A DNA stretch of 64,000 nt. Source: Bryobacterales bacterium. GTDB lineage: Bacteria > Acidobacteriota > Terriglobia > Bryobacterales > Bryobacteraceae. The stretch is from assembly GCA_963820405.1 (NCBI GenBank), contig CAWFZZ010000013.1, positions 10,510 to 74,509 on the forward strand, in the 5' to 3' direction. The notes below the pieces were generated by a model, which saw only the letters and a program-made list of their open reading frames with translations, was not told the DNA's origin and did not search any database. Position 1 is the stretch's first letter. The number at the start of each line of letters is the position of its first letter. The translations under genes were made by a program, and so were the position numbers. Positions 62,328 through 64,000 of this stretch are shown here, piece by piece.

Positions 62328-63952
62328 TGTGCAGGCCCCGCGTCGATCCAACGATCCAGATCCCGGACATACTGATGTCCATTCAAGGTGTACATCGGAA
62401 CGGTCACCACCATGTAGGACTTGCCCACCAGCGGTTTTCCGTTCTTGCCTTTTTCGCCATTAGCGGTGGCGACCACCCAGACGTCGAAGTTCGCGGCGGG
62501 ATTGGCGGCGGCAGGCGTAAAGAAGCCCGAGCTGCTGATCTTGCCAACGAAATCGGTGCTGGCCCCGGGGCCGGTGTAAAACACATCCAGCGACCAGGCA
62601 ACGTCGGTGGATTTAAGAGGGCCGAGCTCCACGTCGTCGGGGGTGTGCAGTTTGCCGTCCGGGCCCCTTTGGTATCCGATGACTTCGAATTGCTGATAGC
62701 CGCGGACGCGAGAATCGCCGGCGAACGCAGCCATCGCAGAGTCCGGCGCTACTTTGATGTAGTCGACGCGATCATAAATCGCGAGGGCGCCCGGAAGCGC
62801 GGAATGGCGGAAGCGAGCGTCGCGCTTGCCAAGCGCTGCATCGGAGGCGACGTCCAGCTCGGCGACCACCTCGCCGCGGGTGCTCGAAATAATGCTACGA
62901 ACCGTTACGCCGGGTCCGAAGTCGAGATCGGCGGGCACCACGTGGGCGGGGAATCGATCGCCGATCAGTCGAATGCGATTGCCGCTGGAACCGGTCTTGA
63001 GCGCCGATCGATCGAGCAGCAGGAGCGTGGGGTCGTCAGAAGATGCTGCCCGGCGCAGCTTCACATCGAAGCCGAATTCCTGGTACTGCCCCCAGAACCA
63101 GCGGCCCTCGGCGGTCAACTGATCGGGTGCGATCCACAGGGCCTCGCGCGCGTCGCTCCCGACATCATTGGGAGCCGAGCCTTCGGGTTGCGGGCCCTTG
63201 GAACGGCCGCGCCAGGCGTACGATCCGTAGACCACGCTGCGCCCGGTACGGACGATGGTAGACCCGTCGTCCACCGACGTCAGATGCACGGTGGTAGTGA
63301 AGTCGTCATCGGGAGTTGGATCCACCTGCATCTCGCCATAAAACTTGCCGCGGCCGAGCAGCGTCGCAGTCACCAGCCAACGGCCTGCCAGGTTGGTCGA
63401 GCGGGTGCGGGCGCTCCAGGCGTCCCATTCGGGAGTGTGCAGAGGAGCCACTTTGGCCAGGTACGCGATGGCTTCCTCGTCCGGTGGAAGCTTAAAGCGA
63501 GCGGCGTGCATCTCGTCCAGCTGCTTCCAATCGTCCGGCGAGCGCCGCCAGGCTAGGGACTGAGCGAAGGAGTGGCAGCGGGCGCACGCGTGTTGCACAT
63601 GATCGTTGGGAATGTTGGTTTCCGGATGGATGCGACGCTCCACATCGTACAGGATGGGTTTGGCTTCCTCCGGCGCGAGGCCATGCGACGCGCTAAGATA
63701 CTTCACGATCGCCCGCGCCTCCGGGGGAGTGAGCGCGACGCCGTCCGCCAGGATCATTCGTTTCAGCGCCGCCTGCCAACCTTCGGGCGTGCTGCGCTCC
63801 CAGGAAATGCGCTGCATGTTGCCGGACTCATCGCGGGTGTGGCAGGTTCCGCACTTGGCGATCACCACCGGATCGGTGACGGGGATGCCATCTTCGGCAA
63901 AAACGGCCGTGACGGACACCAGGCCGCATAAAAGAGGAAGCGCCGAGTGCAT
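62324..63952 (-). CDS. diheme cytochrome c resembling quinohemoprotein amine dehydrogenase alpha subunit (QhpA-like)
   Basis: Two CxxCH motifs (CGTCH, CARCH). RISWERSTPEGWQAALKRMILADGVALTPPEARAIVKYLSASHGLAPEE resembles the QhpA heme-binding domain. About 350 aa of beta-rich sequence follows. Confidence 0.6.
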   Translation of the reverse strand: MHSALPLLCGLVSVTAVFAEDGIPVTDPVVIAKCGTCHTRDESGNMQRISWERSTPEGWQAALKRMILADGVALTPPEARAIVKYLSASHGLAPEEAKPILYDVERRIHPETNIPNDHVQHACARCHSFAQSLAWRRSPDDWKQLDEMHAARFKLPPDEEAIAYLAKVAPLHTPEWDAWSARTRSTNLAGRWLVTATLLGRGKFYGEMQVDPTPDDDFTTTVHLTSVDDGSTIVRTGRSVVYGSYAWRGRSKGPQPEGSAPNDVGSDAREALWIAPDQLTAEGRWFWGQYQEFGFDVKLRRAASSDDPTLLLLDRSALKTGSSGNRIRLIGDRFPAHVVPADLDFGPGVTVRSIISSTRGEVVAELDVASDAALGKRDARFRHSALPGALAIYDRVDYIKVAPDSAMAAFAGDSRVRGYQQFEVIGYQRGPDGKLHTPDDVELGPLKSTDVAWSLDVFYTGPGASTDFVGKISSSGFFTPAAANPAANFDVWVVATANGEKGKNGKPLVGKSYMVVTVPMYTLNGHQYVRDLDRWIDAGPAQ

Positions 63953-64000
63953 TTTAGAAGTCTAGCGCAAGCGTCGCCGAACGCGCTCGTTCATAGCTTC

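Overview
High-GC chromosomal segment that looks acidobacterial (Solibacter/Bryobacter-like). Markers are a TIGR03437-like C-terminal domain, an acidobacterial VWFA-type protein and a DUF1592/DUF1552 pair. I call about 60 protein genes and recognised no rRNA, tRNA or CRISPR array by eye. Housekeeping content: ald, pntAA-pntAB-pntB, a gltD-like gene with korA-korB and metX-metW, mnmA with a cysteine desulfurase, an ABC-F ATPase, an M50 protease, an M28 peptidase and an amidase. Accessory content: several toxin-antitoxin loci (two look degraded), a DUF1592-DUF1552-ankyrin operon and many Sec/Tat-exported proteins. The main find is an AT-richer island of about 4.5 kb (c. 47.2-51.7 kb) that cuts off a tandem paralog array. 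It carries a translationally coupled ubiquitin-like conjugation operon: a beta-grasp Ubl candidate, an E2-like protein, a JAB(JAMM)-E1(ThiF) fusion and a Cys-rich DUF6527-like protein. This operon is divergently paired with an XRE-HTH + ImmA/IrrE (CapH/CapP-like) regulator pair and is followed by a VapBC pair. Other observations: (1) a 44-bp double-hairpin intergenic repeat in 11 copies, all in the same orientation, one with compensatory stem mutations; (2) heptanucleotide tandem arrays at four loci, one inside a CDS; (3) a five-member family of secreted paralogs sitting next to c-type cytochromes and small proteins whose mature N-terminus is His-His; (4) a QhpA-like diheme cytochrome + small His-His protein + cytochrome-c/PQQ-propeller cluster; (5) at least four single-nucleotide frame disruptions in conserved genes (korA, mnmA, brnA, vapC), which may be assembly indels or true pseudogenes. 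All family assignments come from reading motifs by eye, and no searches were run.
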